DNA of 59,451 nt, the filler included. It is 5 parts of 5 records of this genome, joined end to end, with 100 filler letters (N's around TTAATTAATTAA, not from the genome) between each part and the next. Parts side by side here need not be neighbours in the genome. Positions count along the whole stretch, not along the records: positions 1 to 15,450 come from DRR378314_1527; positions 15,551 to 25,128 come from DRR378314_1543; 3 more parts are not named here. One strand, given 5' to 3'. The translations under genes and the position numbers were made by a program. This document shows, piece by piece, positions 10,025 through 22,900 of the stretch (within the stretch, counting starts at the first letter, position 1; every line of letters begins with the position of its first letter). A model generated the notes under the pieces. The model was not told where the DNA came from and ran no database searches. It saw only the letters and a program-made list of their open reading frames with translations.

Positions 10025-10044
10025 AAATGATAATTATTCGCATC
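10025..10044. promoter_or_regulatory. Fur box upstream of the ECF sigma gene
   Basis: AAATGATAATTATTCGCAT contains the AATGATAAT half-site and sits directly upstream of the fecI-like start. Confidence 0.7.
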
Positions 10045-10296
10045 ATAAATTGGTTGTAATGTTAAAGCAAATAGACCCACGCCATGACCCGGCAGCGTGG
10101 TGTAAAACAGACACGAAAACACCACCGTAATCACCAGCAAGCCAACGGCCCGCTTTTTGGTTCAGTAACGGATCACCCACCAGGTGAAGTGGAAGGTGCG
10201 AACGGAGAACGGTGCTGTCAATGTCTGCTCCGGCTGATTACAGATCTCTCCTCCAATATGGGTGATACGGCGGTGTTGTGAATTTATGAAGTGAGC

Positions 10297-10770
10297 TCAG
10301 TGAAGCGTCCTCACCATGGTTACCCGGTTTCGTGCGGCAAATGGCAGGGATGGCCAGTTCAGGTAGTCAGCGAAAAAATCAGCATGGCGCCGGGGATCTA
10401 TAAGCACGGCAACACATTCCTGGATGTCCCAATGGTCCTCAGTGGCAGCCCGATAGCCCGGGTGTTCCAGACATTCCAGTGCCCGAAGAACCACCGCGTC
10501 CATACCGGCGCGGTTGCCACGATCAGACAGGGCTCGGGATACCAGAATGGCTGAGAGAGTCAGCTCGATATGCATACCGGCATCGTCCCGCGGTTCGTGC
10601 AGGCAGGCCAGGTCAAAAGCGCTGCCTGACAGGGAAATGACGTCTTGCCACTGCTCCATCTCACTGCAGGCGTGGGCATTCTCCATCCAGAACAGCCACA
10701 GGTCTTTGCGTTCGTTCAGCGGCAAGTCTGCGAATTGCTGACGGTGATTGGGGCACAGAAAATTCATCAT
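10297..10770 (-). CDS. Hypothetical Cys/His-containing protein, likely Fur-regulated
   Basis: Start MMNFLCPNHR at 10770 with GGAG RBS. About 157 aa, ending RTLH. Strong Fur box upstream. Confidence 0.7.
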   Translation of the reverse strand: MMNFLCPNHRQQFADLPLNERKDLWLFWMENAHACSEMEQWQDVISLSGSAFDLACLHEPRDDAGMHIELTLSAILVSRALSDRGNRAGMDAVVLRALECLEHPGYRAATEDHWDIQECVAVLIDPRRHADFFADYLNWPSLPFAARNRVTMVRTLH

Positions 10771-10795
10771 GCTCTCCTTGCTCAATCCTAGGGAT

Positions 10796-10814
10796 GATAA
10801 TAATTATCATTAGC
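10796..10814 (-). promoter_or_regulatory. Strong Fur box
   Basis: Minus strand GCTAATGATAATTATTATC matches the Fur consensus at 17/19. Confidence 0.85.
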
Positions 10815-10881
10815 GATTGATGCAAGAAGAACTGTTATCGTTTAACCAGGCTTGGCGGGTAATTTAGCCGGGCCACGAGAT

Positions 10882-12714
10882 CTACTCCACCGTTACACTC
10901 TTCGCCAGGTTTCGCGGCTGATCCACATCCGTACCTTTCAGCACGGCAACGTGGTAGGACAGCAGTTGTAGTGGCACGGTGTAGACGATCGGAGACGTGA
11001 TCGGGTGCACCGACGGCAGCGGCATCACATGGATGCCTTCCTGGGGGCGGACGTCAGCGGCCTGATCGGCAAACACAAACAGCTCTCCCCCCCTGGCGCG
11101 AACTTCCTCCAGGTTGGACTTCAGTTTTTCCAGCAGGTCGTTATTGGGCGCCACGGTGACGACCGGCATTTCGCTGTCCACCAAGGCCAACGGGCCGTGC
11201 TTGAGTTCACCAGCCGGGTAGGCTTCCGCGTGTATGTAGGAAATTTCCTTAAGTTTCAATGCGCCTTCGAGGGCCACCGGGAACATGGCACCCCGGCCCA
11301 GGAACAGGCTGTGATTCTTGTCCATGAAGGACTTCGACATTTCCGCGATATCGGCGTCCAGTGCCAGCACCTGATCGACCTGCCCGGGTAGCAGGCGGAT
11401 CGCTTCAACGATCTCCGCTTCCCGCTGCTCGTCCAGTCCGTTGTGCCGCGCCAGTGCCAGGGTGAAGATCAGCAGCGCGGTCAACTGGGTAGTGAACGCC
11501 TTGGTGGAGGCAACGCCAATTTCCGGACCGGCCTGGGTCATGATTACCAGGTCGGATTCCCGCACCAGGGAGCTGCCGGGCACGTTGCAGATGGCCATCG
11601 CAGCACGGAAGCCAGCCTTCTTCGCCTGGCGCAGGGCGGCCAGAGTGTCGGCGGTTTCGCCGGACTGGGAAATACACAGGAACAGAGTATCTGGCTGGAT
11701 CACGTGTTTGCGGTAGCGGAACTCGGATGCCACTTCCACGGAACAGGGCACGCCCGCCAGTTCCTCGATCCAGTACCGGGCCACCATGCCAGCGTGATAA
11801 CTGGTGCCGCAGGCGATGATCTGAACATGGCGAACGTTTTCCAGCAGGTTGCCGGCCTGGGTACCAAGCGCCTGTTCCAGCACGCGGGTGTTGGTTACCC
11901 GGCCTTCCGTGGTTGCGCGGATGACCCGCGGCTGCTCATGGATTTCCTTGAGCATGAAGTGGCGATACTCGCCTTTCTCTGCCGCATCCTGGCTGTGTTC
12001 AAAACGGGTAACCGCACGTTCCACCGGTTGCTTGTTGCGATCATGAATCTCAATGCGGTCGCGACGGATGTCGGCGATATCCCCTTCTTCGAGGAACATG
12101 AAACGGTCGGTGACCGGCAGTAACGCGAGCTGATCGGAAGCAATAAAGTTCTCGCCAATGCCGACGCCCACCACCAACGGACTGCCTTCACGGCAAACCA
12201 CCATATGGTCTGGCTCGTCAGCATGGATCACCGCCAGGGCAAAGGCGCCACGCAAGCGCTCAATGGCGCTGCTTACGGCTTCGTAGAGGCTGTTGCTCAG
12301 GCGGAACTGCTTTTCGATGAGGTGCGCAACGACCTCGGTATCCGTCTGGGAAGTGAACTCGAAGCCCTCCGCTTTCAGCTCTTCCCGCAGCTCCTGATAA
12401 TTCTCGATGATGCCGTTATGGACAATAGCCAGCCGCTCGCCGGACATGTGTGGATGGGCATTGATCTGGGAGGGCTCACCATGGGTGGCCCAACGGGTAT
12501 GGGCAATACCGGCAGCGCCCTCAAGGCCATTGCCAGTGATGGCATCAGCCAGAGCAGCCACCTTGCCCACTTCACGGGCGCGATTAATGGCTTGCTTGCC
12601 GTCAATCACGGCCATACCGGCGGAGTCGTAGCCGCGGTACTCCAGTCGGCGCAGGCCCTCGAGAAGAATTCCCTGAACATCCCTTTCTGATACCGCACCT
12701 ACAATGCCACACAT
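10882..12714 (-). CDS. glmS: Glutamine--fructose-6-phosphate aminotransferase
   Basis: MCGIVG start, [18 protein letters not shown] and C-terminal [15 protein letters not shown]. Confidence 0.99.
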   Translation of the reverse strand: MCGIVGAVSERDVQGILLEGLRRLEYRGYDSAGMAVIDGKQAINRAREVGKVAALADAITGNGLEGAAGIAHTRWATHGEPSQINAHPHMSGERLAIVHNGIIENYQELREELKAEGFEFTSQTDTEVVAHLIEKQFRLSNSLYEAVSSAIERLRGAFALAVIHADEPDHMVVCREGSPLVVGVGIGENFIASDQLALLPVTDRFMFLEEGDIADIRRDRIEIHDRNKQPVERAVTRFEHSQDAAEKGEYRHFMLKEIHEQPRVIRATTEGRVTNTRVLEQALGTQAGNLLENVRHVQIIACGTSYHAGMVARYWIEELAGVPCSVEVASEFRYRKHVIQPDTLFLCISQSGETADTLAALRQAKKAGFRAAMAICNVPGSSLVRESDLVIMTQAGPEIGVASTKAFTTQLTALLIFTLALARHNGLDEQREAEIVEAIRLLPGQVDQVLALDADIAEMSKSFMDKNHSLFLGRGAMFPVALEGALKLKEISYIHAEAYPAGELKHGPLALVDSEMPVVTVAPNNDLLEKLKSNLEEVRARGGELFVFADQAADVRPQEGIHVMPLPSVHPITSPIVYTVPLQLLSYHVAVLKGTDVDQPRNLAKSVTVE

Positions 12715-12747
12715 GTCGCTGTCACCTGTCCGTTGAAATCGTTTAAA

Positions 12748-14112
12748 TCACTTTTTCGTCGGCCGTTCCCAGCCGGAAATATTCCGTTGTCGGGCCCGGG
12801 CAACCGCCAGTTCACTTTCCGCCACATCGCGGGTAATGGTGGAGCCGGCACCAATGGTCGACTCGGCGGCAACGCTGACGGGCGCCACGAGTGAGGTATT
12901 GGAACCTACGAATACATTGTCACCAATAACGGTTTTCGACTTATTCACACCATCATAATTACAGGTGATGGTTCCTGCACCCACATTTACGTTACGGCCA
13001 AGTGAGGCATCGCCCACATAACTGAGGTGGTTGATCTTGCTGCCCTCACCCACATCGGCTTTCTTGGTTTCAACAAAGTTACCCACCTTGGTGTTGGCCG
13101 CCAGCCGGGTGCCTGGCCGTAGACGGGCAAACGGTCCGATACTCGCGCCTGCACCCACTTCCGCACCATCAAGCAGCGAGTGAGCTTCGATGGTGGCCCC
13201 GGCCGCAATGTGGCTGTCCCGTATCACACATCCCGGCCCGATGCGGACACCGTCGGCCAGGGACACCTTGCCTTCAAACACGACATTAACATCGATCAGA
13301 ACATCCTGGCCCACGGACAACTCGCCGCGCACGTCAACCCGGGCGGGGTCGGCCAGGGTTGCCCCTTCAGTCATCAACCGGTCCGCTTCCCGGCGCTGCA
13401 CCCAGCGCTCAAGCTCAGCAAGTTGAAGGCGGTTGTTAACGCCCTGGACTTCGAACTCACTACCCGGCTGAGCAACGGCGATGTCCACGCCGCGGTCAGC
13501 GGCCATGGCGATGATGTCGGTAAGGTAGTACTCGCCCTGGGCGTTGCGGTTGGAGAGCTGTGGCAACCAATCTTTCAGGTGGCGCGCTGACACCGCCAGA
13601 ATGCCGGTATTTACTTCCCGGATCTGCCGCTGAACCTCGGTCGCATCCTTCTGCTCGACGATCGCGCACACCTTGCCGCTGTCATCCCGAAGGATACGCC
13701 CGTATCCGTCGGGCGTTTCCAGGTTCACTGTCAACAATGCGAGTGAACGATCACTTACCTGGGAAACCAATTTTTGGAGGGTTTCCTTTCTGGTTAATGG
13801 CACGTCACCGTAAAGAATCAAAACCCGCGCCTCATCCGGCAACCCCGGCAGCGCCTGAGCAACCGCGTGGCCCGTACCCAACTGCTCTTCCTGCAACGCC
13901 CAGGTGAGATCGTCGGCGGGGGTGATGTGCCGGACCGCTTCCGCACCATGACCAATCACGCCATGAATACCGGATGCGCCCAACTGGCGCGCAGTATCGA
14001 TAACATGGTGAAGCATGGGCTTGCCCGCCACCCGATGAAGAACCTTCGGTAGCGACGATTTCATTCTCGAACCCTGGCCAGCAGCCAGAATCACAACGTG
14101 AAGGGGAGTCAT
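12748..14112 (-). CDS. glmU: Bifunctional UDP-GlcNAc pyrophosphorylase / glucosamine-1-P acetyltransferase
   Basis: Start [19 protein letters not shown] at 14112. Carries QLGTGHAV, hexapeptide repeats, HLSYVGDA and [11 protein letters not shown]. Confidence 0.98.
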   Translation of the reverse strand: MTPLHVVILAAGQGSRMKSSLPKVLHRVAGKPMLHHVIDTARQLGASGIHGVIGHGAEAVRHITPADDLTWALQEEQLGTGHAVAQALPGLPDEARVLILYGDVPLTRKETLQKLVSQVSDRSLALLTVNLETPDGYGRILRDDSGKVCAIVEQKDATEVQRQIREVNTGILAVSARHLKDWLPQLSNRNAQGEYYLTDIIAMAADRGVDIAVAQPGSEFEVQGVNNRLQLAELERWVQRREADRLMTEGATLADPARVDVRGELSVGQDVLIDVNVVFEGKVSLADGVRIGPGCVIRDSHIAAGATIEAHSLLDGAEVGAGASIGPFARLRPGTRLAANTKVGNFVETKKADVGEGSKINHLSYVGDASLGRNVNVGAGTITCNYDGVNKSKTVIGDNVFVGSNTSLVAPVSVAAESTIGAGSTITRDVAESELAVARARQRNISGWERPTKK

Positions 14113-14155
14113 ATGAGTACCACGCTCCGGATCGGTAGCCAGTTTCAAAGCCTGA

Positions 14156-14225
14156 AAATAAAAAAACCGCACCCTTGGTTGCCTGACAACATTACGCTGT
14201 TCCCAGGCGACTCAGGATGCGGTTT
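14156..14225 (-). terminator. Long-stem intrinsic terminator after the atp operon
   Basis: Minus strand AAACCGCATCCT...AGGGTGCGGTTT followed by a T-rich tract, between atpC and glmU. Confidence 0.7.
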
Positions 14226-14253
14226 CGGTGATCGGCAGTCCCGAACAGAATGC

Positions 14254-14676
14254 TTAACGCATCTTGTTCCGCAGCTGCTGGATGGTTCGAAGCTGGGCAA
14301 CAGCTTCGGCCAACTCAGCGGCGGCACGGGAATACTCAAATTCACCACTTTGGTTGGCGAGTGCCTTCTCAGCTTCACGCTGAGCCTCGATCGCCGCTGC
14401 TTCGTCCACATCCTTGGCACGGACGGCAGTGTCCGCGAGCAGCGTCACCAGATTCGGCTGAATTTCCAGATAACCACCAGACACGTAGAGGATTTCTTCC
14501 TCTCCGCCCTGCTTGATTATCCGGATGGGGCCCGGTTTCAGCTGAGTCAGCAGAGGCGTATGACCCGGGGCAATACCCAGGTCACCTTCTGAGCCGGCTG
14601 CGATCAGCATTTCAACCAATCCGGAATAGATCTTTGTTTCGGCACTTACCACGTCACAATGCACGGTCATACCCAT
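14254..14676 (-). CDS. atpC: F1F0 ATP synthase epsilon subunit
   Basis: [23 protein letters not shown] and [10 protein letters not shown]. Follows atpD. Confidence 0.98.
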   Translation of the reverse strand: MGMTVHCDVVSAETKIYSGLVEMLIAAGSEGDLGIAPGHTPLLTQLKPGPIRIIKQGGEEEILYVSGGYLEIQPNLVTLLADTAVRAKDVDEAAAIEAQREAEKALANQSGEFEYSRAAAELAEAVAQLRTIQQLRNKMR

Positions 14677-14723
14677 GTTGTTGCCTCTTTGATCGATCCG
14701 GAAACAAGCGCATGAGGCTTAGA

Positions 14724-15450
<727 letters not shown>

Positions 15451-15550
15451 NNNNNNNNNNNNNNNNNNNNNNNNNNNNNNNNNNNNNNNNNNNNTTAATT
15501 AATTAANNNNNNNNNNNNNNNNNNNNNNNNNNNNNNNNNNNNNNNNNNNN
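15451..15550. other. Artificial contig spacer
   Basis: 100 nt: N-run, TTAATTAATTAA (stops in all six frames), N-run. Confidence 0.97.
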
Positions 15551-18500
15551 TCGCAAGCGGAGATTGTCGTCCGAAAGATGCCGCAAAGCTCTCCTACGTC
15601 TTGCGCGCCAACGGGCCTTCAGGTGCGCTGGATCATACTGCTCGTTTCGATCTGCACAGTCGCGAGAAGGAAATGCAACGAAAGCACCCAGAGCGCGCAA
15701 AATTTAGAACAGCAATAAATAAAACTGCGTATCATGCACAAAAACCGGGAGGAACGCGATGGAATTTTCGAACATGGCGAGCAGCATGCCAGCGCGGCGC
15801 TACACGCTCAAACCGCGCGGCAACAGCCGCAGGCGCAACGGCGAGCTCGGCACGGCAAGCACGTCTCCACCTGCGCACCGCTTCTCGCCTCTTATTTCTC
15901 GCAATCTCCCAGGATGCGCTGCATTCGTTCATTTCCGCAAGTTTCAAGATGTTGGTATGTACTATTTTCAGGGTTCGCACCACCAGCACACCACTCCAGG
16001 CTGCGCAGCTGTAGCACCTGTTTGGACGCGACCGCACACGTACACACCGTAGGGAGTGCCGGGCGCCTCGGGCGGTGCAGCCGAAACGGCCACACCTCAG
16101 AACTGACCTTTGCGACTTGATAAGCACAGCGCTCCGCACCAGCCGGTAGCGTGTTTTGCGGTCCAGGGCTCTCCCAGAGAAGACGCTGAAGATAGTAGAG
16201 CAAAGACAGAGTGCAAGTTTCATGCGAACGCATTGTGCCGGCGTACGGAGCGGTTGCACGCGTTGGTTAGGCGACGGTGGGTCGGTGCGGAGCTAGTTTT
16301 TCGGCGCAGCGCGCAGGTAGCACGTTTCGCAGTCGCCGCGTTTCCATGCGCCAAGTTAAAAGCACCAGACAAAGCAGCGAGAGCTCACAAATACAGAGTA
16401 ATTCAAAACGCATCGAGTATCACTACGGACTGAACTTCAGCAGTGCAAAACAAGGCGAGCGAGCGGTTCGTGGTGCCCTCTCAGCTGAGCACGGCGCAGC
16501 GCAAGGGCTGGCCGAGGAGCGCTCGGTGCGCGAAACATCGCGGCAAGGCGTTCAATTTGCCGAGGACGTACCCCGCCGAATATTTCCCTCTCTAATGTAC
16601 TATATTCTTTGACTAGCAAAAATTTCAGCGTGCTAAGGAATTGCGCAAAGGATTAGGTGTGCGAAAGCGAGCACGGCGGAATGACGTGGCGATGCCCTGC
16701 GCGTGGCTTCCAAGGACACTGGTACTCGCTGGCGCAGTGACAGCTAAGGCCAGTGGCGCGTCGCTGGTGCCCGTGATCCGCGTTATCCAAGAAATCGAAG
16801 GCTCGCGAGCGTTCATTAATTTCTGGCCCTCACGCGTGCTACTCACTCGCAGAATGCAGCACTGTTGCCACTGCGATCGCTTCGCCCATTGTGCAAAGGG
16901 AAGCCGCGACCCTCGCGTCCTTTGCGCGCCTATTCTATCTTGGTTCGGGCGTGTCGCTATGCGCAGAACGGCTGAGCTGTGGGAGCGCTAGAAGAAGACT
17001 GACAGGAAGCGGCGTAAGCGAGACTGCCTTCGCAAGCCGCCTGAGCTTTGTGCGGGTCAGAAGTCTCGGCTGCCTTTCTTTGTGGATTGCTGTTGCTCAC
17101 TGCCTACAACCGCGTGCTGTTGGTGTGCTGACGAGAACTTGCGCGAACGGGGTGTCTTTAACGGACAAACCGGATATCTATGCGTGCTTTTCCGATGAAG
17201 TATATATCTCACAGTTGTTGGAATACACCCGAGCGTAAGCAGGCTGCTTTCTTGGCCTTTTTTTTTTTTTTGGTGCGAAGTTTGGTCGGGGAGCGCAGGA
17301 GGGTGCGAGCTTGCTCGCATGTATTTGCTGGAGGGTTTGGGCGCGCCATGCAAGCAACACCAAGATTCCTGGACTCCCTGCTGCGTGGCCTGGTTGCGTC
17401 TGATGTGCACGGCAGTTTCGCGAGTACTGCGTGCATAGCAAGCTTTGGCACACGCTTCCAAGCACGCTCAGCGCATCTTAGCAACGCGCCAACTATGTGA
17501 TTGGCCGGTCGAAAGGCAGAGGTGCGTTGCGGAGAGGAACGCGAAAGTCGGCAGGAGCTGGCCCGCGCGCACTCGTGCGAGCGCCAGCGGACGCCTCGGC
17601 GGTGATCGAGCGCGAGCAAATGTGCCATTGCACCCGGGAGCGCCGGAGCGCACTGCGGAAGGCGCCGGCGACAACCGCCTCGTCCTTCTCACTGCTCGCT
17701 GGCGCACCCAAGCCGCGCCTCGTCTCACGTGCGAGATGTGACAGCGCCACCTTTGCATAGAGAAGCGCGCGGGCCACCTGGCGCGCTCGACATGGATTTC
17801 CGGGTCAGAGACGTTTCCGCGTTTCGATTTTCCTTTTCTGCGGCGTTCTTAATCGTCTCGTTCCTTTGTGGGTGGTGCGCACTGCCACTTCTGCTTTGCG
17901 CGCTGCTACGTTTTCAGTCGCACCGATTCGACGGATCGGTTGCGAGTGGGTGCTTTTGGGTCGCTATGGGCACGACGACTCTGCTATACAAATTCGGTTA
18001 TGTGGACACGGAAGTAGGGTTGCGGAATACAATTGCGGAGTGCGGTTAGTTTTGCAATAGCACACTCGGCCATGCAACACTGGGTTCTATCTCTCGCGGT
18101 GCTCGCGCCGCAGTGGAGCAGTTCCAAGTTCCAGAGGAGGCCCAACGGCCCGACTTTGCGTTTCGTCGACCATTGATCTGGTACGCGGCTTTGTCGCCGG
18201 TCAGCGCTCCGAGGACGCAGTTCAAATTTTCCTTAGTGCTTGCGTCTCATTGCTGGCGTTGCACAAGCGGTGCAGTATTCTGTACTCTGGGGTGGTGGTG
18301 ACGTCTGCTGCGGCCCACCGTTGCAACCGGCTCCGCGCAGCCAGCACGCGCACCGCACACTGCCGAGCGCGTTCTCTTCTGCGCGCCAGTCTTGTCACTG
18401 CGCAAAGCAGCGCCGCCTCAACACCCTTGTCTCAGCGCTCATTTGTGCTGTGTAGCTTTGGTGCACGAATGTTAACTTCTTCGCTTTTGCGCGCCATTCT

Positions 18501-19973
18501 CTCTTTGTCTTTGTACGCACGCACGTTGTTTGCACGATGCGAGCAGTGCTGCGTCGCGCGCCTGTTGCTCTCTGCGGGCACTCGGTTGTCCGCGCTCGCG
18601 TTATCTTGCCCGCTCGTGCTCGTCGTGACGCTACTTGGCGGGTTAGTCGAGGCTGCAGAGTTGCGTCGACTGCGTTTTTCGTGCGCAGAACGCGAAAGCG
18701 AGGACGAGGTTCCTCTGTACTTCCCTTGCTTTGTGTTTCGTTTGATGTGCGAGTCAAAGAATAGCGCATTAGTCTCGCTTGCGGGTGCTCCGCGGGGAAA
18801 CCGTCAGGGCGATGTGTGTCGTTGGAGTCGGAGACTCCGCAACTGCTTTGGCGCAGCGAGCCGGCGCGGCCGTGGCGAAGAGTGGCGCTGGCGCATCCCC
18901 CCTTGCCTCGCTTTGCACAGCGTTTCTGTCGCGCAAGCGCCCGCACACAGCATGTGGTGCACCACACAATATATTTGTGCGCAAAAACATACCTCTCTGG
19001 ACTGCCGTGCGAGCGGTCAATTTGAGCTTGTTGGTAGGCTGGTGGTTGCTTTGTAGTGCTGCTGGGTGCGGGCGTTGAGGGAGCGTTTTGGTTCCCCTCT
19101 GGGTTTCTCGTGGGCGTTTGGTCGACGCGGTGATCGCCCTCTTTTTTTTTTTTTTGCTTTCTACATTTGTGGCGTGGGGTTCTGCGCGCGCCAGTTTCAC
19201 GCGCGATCGGAGACTGTAGGCTCTTGGTGCCCATCTGCGGTGTAATTGCATTTTCGCATCCCGATGTAGCCTTGTATTCGGAGCGTTGGGGAGATGGAGG
19301 GCCGGCGCGGCTGCTCAGAGTTTGTGTTTGCCTTTGGCAGTCCGGATCGGCCTGTTCTGTCGGCGCCCTCTAGCCTTGCGCGCCGTGTACCGCAGCTTAC
19401 CTGTGCGCCGGCTGGCACATGTTGCTTTCGAAGCGAGTCTTCTCACGACCGTTATTTCACTGCAGTGTCGTAACGATAGACGTAGACTTGGCATGTTGCA
19501 CTAATTCGTTGAGTAGTGCGCTGGGGTGCGTGCTGGCTTGCTGTGGAGCGTGCCTGCGCACCGCTGCTCTCGTCGCCTGCCCACGCCGCTAGGCGCTGGT
19601 ATAGCGCTCGTTCCGCGCGCTTGCTTGCTGTTGAGCTCCAGTGCTCTGCCGACGGGTCCGGGACGAGCGAGGACGCTGGACGGCCTCATGTTATAGTAAG
19701 CGCTTACGTGCTCTCCTACCTGCGACTGTTGTCTCGTATTCAATGTGCGATTTATAGGAACAGAGGGCAAGATCGGAGATTGGTTTCGTCAACGGCTTTC
19801 AGCGCTTGCGTTCCGCGGTTTTCGTTGCTGTTCGCTCGTGGCGTTCGCAGCGCGTTCCTCCTCCGGGTTACGCAGTCCACGTTCCGGACGAGCGCCCTTG
19901 ATCGGCAAATCGATTACGGAACGGCGAGGACGCTCGCGTGCTCTCTCGCTCGCTCTATCGTATTACTTCGTTG

Positions 19974-22900
19974 ATGGCTCCTACGGCTGAGCCGCCTTCG
20001 CCGGGCTCAGGGCCCCGCGTTCCGCGCTCGCCGCGCTCGCCGCGCTCGTTCCGCGACTTTGCGCGCGATGCGAGCGGGCTCGCCGTCGTTGGGCGCCTGC
20101 GCCCGGCGAAGCGCGGCGAGAAGCGCGGCTGGCGCGTTGAGGACGGAACGCGAATGCTGCTGGATGCGGCCAAGGGAAACGATGCGGACGTGTGGGGCGA
20201 GTACAGCGTGGAGCTGCCACAGCTCTTTTCTGCTTCTACTTCGAATAAGCAGTTTGTGAGCGAGGCGCGCGTGGAGGAGGTAGTGGCTGACGTTGCCGAC
20301 GGCCGGCACGTGGCGATCTTTGCGGCCGGAGGGCACGGCAGCGGGAAAACGCACACGCTCTTCGGAAACGGGTCGGTGGAGCCGAGCGATTGTCTCGGCA
20401 TCGCCGTTCGCACGGTTTTCCGCGAGGTTGAGGCGCTGCGCCGCGAGTACGAGAGCGTTGAAGTTTCGTGCGTGTTTTTCCGGGTCGAGCACAGCGGGCG
20501 TGTTCTGGATGTCCTGGGCAGCGCTTCGGCAAAGAATGGCAGCGCGCTGCCGGCTGTGGTGTCGTCGCCGCTGCTGCCGGAGATCCAGCGCATCGAGGTC
20601 AGCGACGAGGCGTCTTGTACCAAGGTGCTGAAGAACGCCTTTGCGTGGTTGAAGAAGAGCGTGAAAAAGGGGGTTGCGAATGAAGGCGTTGGCGATGTCG
20701 TGCGAATCTCGGTCAAGCGTGTGCTGAAAGCCGGCGACAAGCCCGGCATTGCATCGGTGTCGCTCGTGGATACCGTAGACATCGAAGACGAGGTGCAGAA
20801 TGACGGGGCTGCTGCTGCTGGAGACCCGAACATGGCGGCGAAAGCGCGCAAGGTAAGTGCATTGCTCTGTGCTTCTGGGCGCGACCCGATCGTGAGCAGC
20901 TGCTCCTTTGCCTCGCGCAGGGTTTGCCAATGCAGAGGGCGAGTCAGGTACTGCACATTGTGCGCTCCGCCATCTTCCTCTGTTGTGTCGCTGGAATGAA
21001 AGAAGCACTGGGCTATCAGAGCAATAAGGCGGACGGAGTAGCCTGTGTACACGCCGTGCATGCGCTGTTTTTGCGCGAGCGTTGAGCAAAGCGCGACGGC
21101 GTTCCAGTCGACGTTGCTGTCCGTTTGGTGGTATGGATTCCTTCCCCTCTGATGGATGCAATGGCTCCTTGTTGATTTTTGAACGATTTTGTGGTGCGCG
21201 TGTTCCGTGGTTTCTTTGTCAAGGTGGTTGATCTGCGCGCCGGAGCTGGGAAGACCAAGGTGTTGCGGCCGAAGCGCATGTCGCGCGACGACGGGGAAGG
21301 CGTTGTTGTCAGTGATATCGACGACACGTTTGTGGACGATACCACCGCTGAAGACGCGCCGCTGACGCGCATTCTCCGGCCGGTGTTTACGCGTTCAACG
21401 CGCTCGATGTTCATTTGCACGCTTTCCGACGCGCGGAATCACACACAAGTGACGAAGGAGACTCTCCAGGTCCGTGCGAGCACGCGGGGCTGTGGTGTCG
21501 GGCTTGCCAGGCTTGTGCACGTATATAGCGGCCGTTGTGTCGTCGCGCTTGCGCGAATGTGCACGAGAGAGAGGGTGAGAAGTTGCGACATGGATCGCTG
21601 TCTTACCGCCAACGCTTTCGCCCCGAAGCGCTCATTCATTTCCCGCTTCCCTCTTTCCGGAACCCTCTCCGCGTTGTACCGCTTTGCGTGGGAACGCGAC
21701 ACCTCGCGCGGGCACTGTTGCGTATTCCTCGCCCATGCCCTCGGTTAAGGGTTAGCCGCATGCTGACGCTCGCGTTGCGCGTGTTTCCCTGATGGGGGCG
21801 CAGGTCGGAGCGCGCTTGGCGATGCTGTCGCGCATCCGTGTGGAAGGGATCCAGGAAGACGAAGAGCCGGACGAGGACTCGTTTTTGCGCGAGTATCTCG
21901 CAGAGATCCAGCGGCTTCGTGACATGCAGGAAGAGCTGCATTTCTGGCTTCAGAATTCACGCGAGGCGCGCGTGTACCGGCGAGTGATTGCGTGGGTGCG
22001 CCAGCGACGGGCGTCGAATCCGCGCAAGTCGCTGCAGATATCGATGTCCGAGGAGCAGGACGCGCGGATGCGGCAGATCCTCGAGTCGCGGCGCGAGCGC
22101 GCGGCCGAGGAGACGCCGATTGCCGTGCTGGTTCGCGTGCGGCCGCTCAACACGCGTGAGCTGCTCCGCGGCGACACGCTGCCGTGGAAGTGGACGGACG
22201 ACTCGATGATTCTCAAAGACAACCGCGGTGACGAGAGCTCTCCGCCGGAGTCGCTGCTGCGCAACAACCCGAAAGCGACGGCGCAGCAGCAGCGCAAGCG
22301 GGTCGCCGCCGCGTCGAAAGCTGCGGCCGGCCAGGCGTCGGCAAAGTCCAAGTTTTACCGCGTGCAGCGCGTGTATGGACCGAAGCAGGAGACGTCTGAC
22401 ATTTACGGCGAGGAGATCCGCAAGAATGTCGATGCTGCTGTGCGCGGGATCAACACGACGATTTTCGCGTACGGACAGACGGCGTCGGGCAAGACGTTTA
22501 CGATGCTTGGCGACGGGACGCATCCCGGGGTGATCCCTCTCGCGCTGCGCGACGTGTTTGGGGCGATTTCGCGCACGCCGTCGCGCGACTTTGTGGTGCG
22601 CGTGTCGTATTTCCAGATCTACAACGAGGTGGTCTCCGACTTGCTGAACGAGAACGAGGAGACGCCAAAGATTGACATTCAGATGACGGACGGCGGGCTG
22701 ACGATTGGCGGGATGCGCGAGGAAGTGGTGACGTCGGCCGAGCAGGTGCTGCACCTGATCCACGCGGGACAGGCGCGACGGCAGATTGGCTCGCACGACA
22801 TGAACGAGTTCTCGTCGCGGTCGCACACTGTGTTCCGCCTCGTTCTCGAGAGCCGGATTCGCGCCGAAGACGACTCGCTTTCGATGCTGCGCATGGTTAC

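Noticed and set aside
10815-10920. Possible Tn7 insertion at attTn7 downstream of glmS explaining the iron region
   Set aside because: No Tn7-like TGT end, TnsB-site repeats, target duplication or tns genes are visible. The site appears unoccupied.
15495-15506. TTAATTAATTAA palindrome recurring four times
   Set aside because: It is always centred in a 100-nt N spacer, so it is a synthetic six-frame stop linker.
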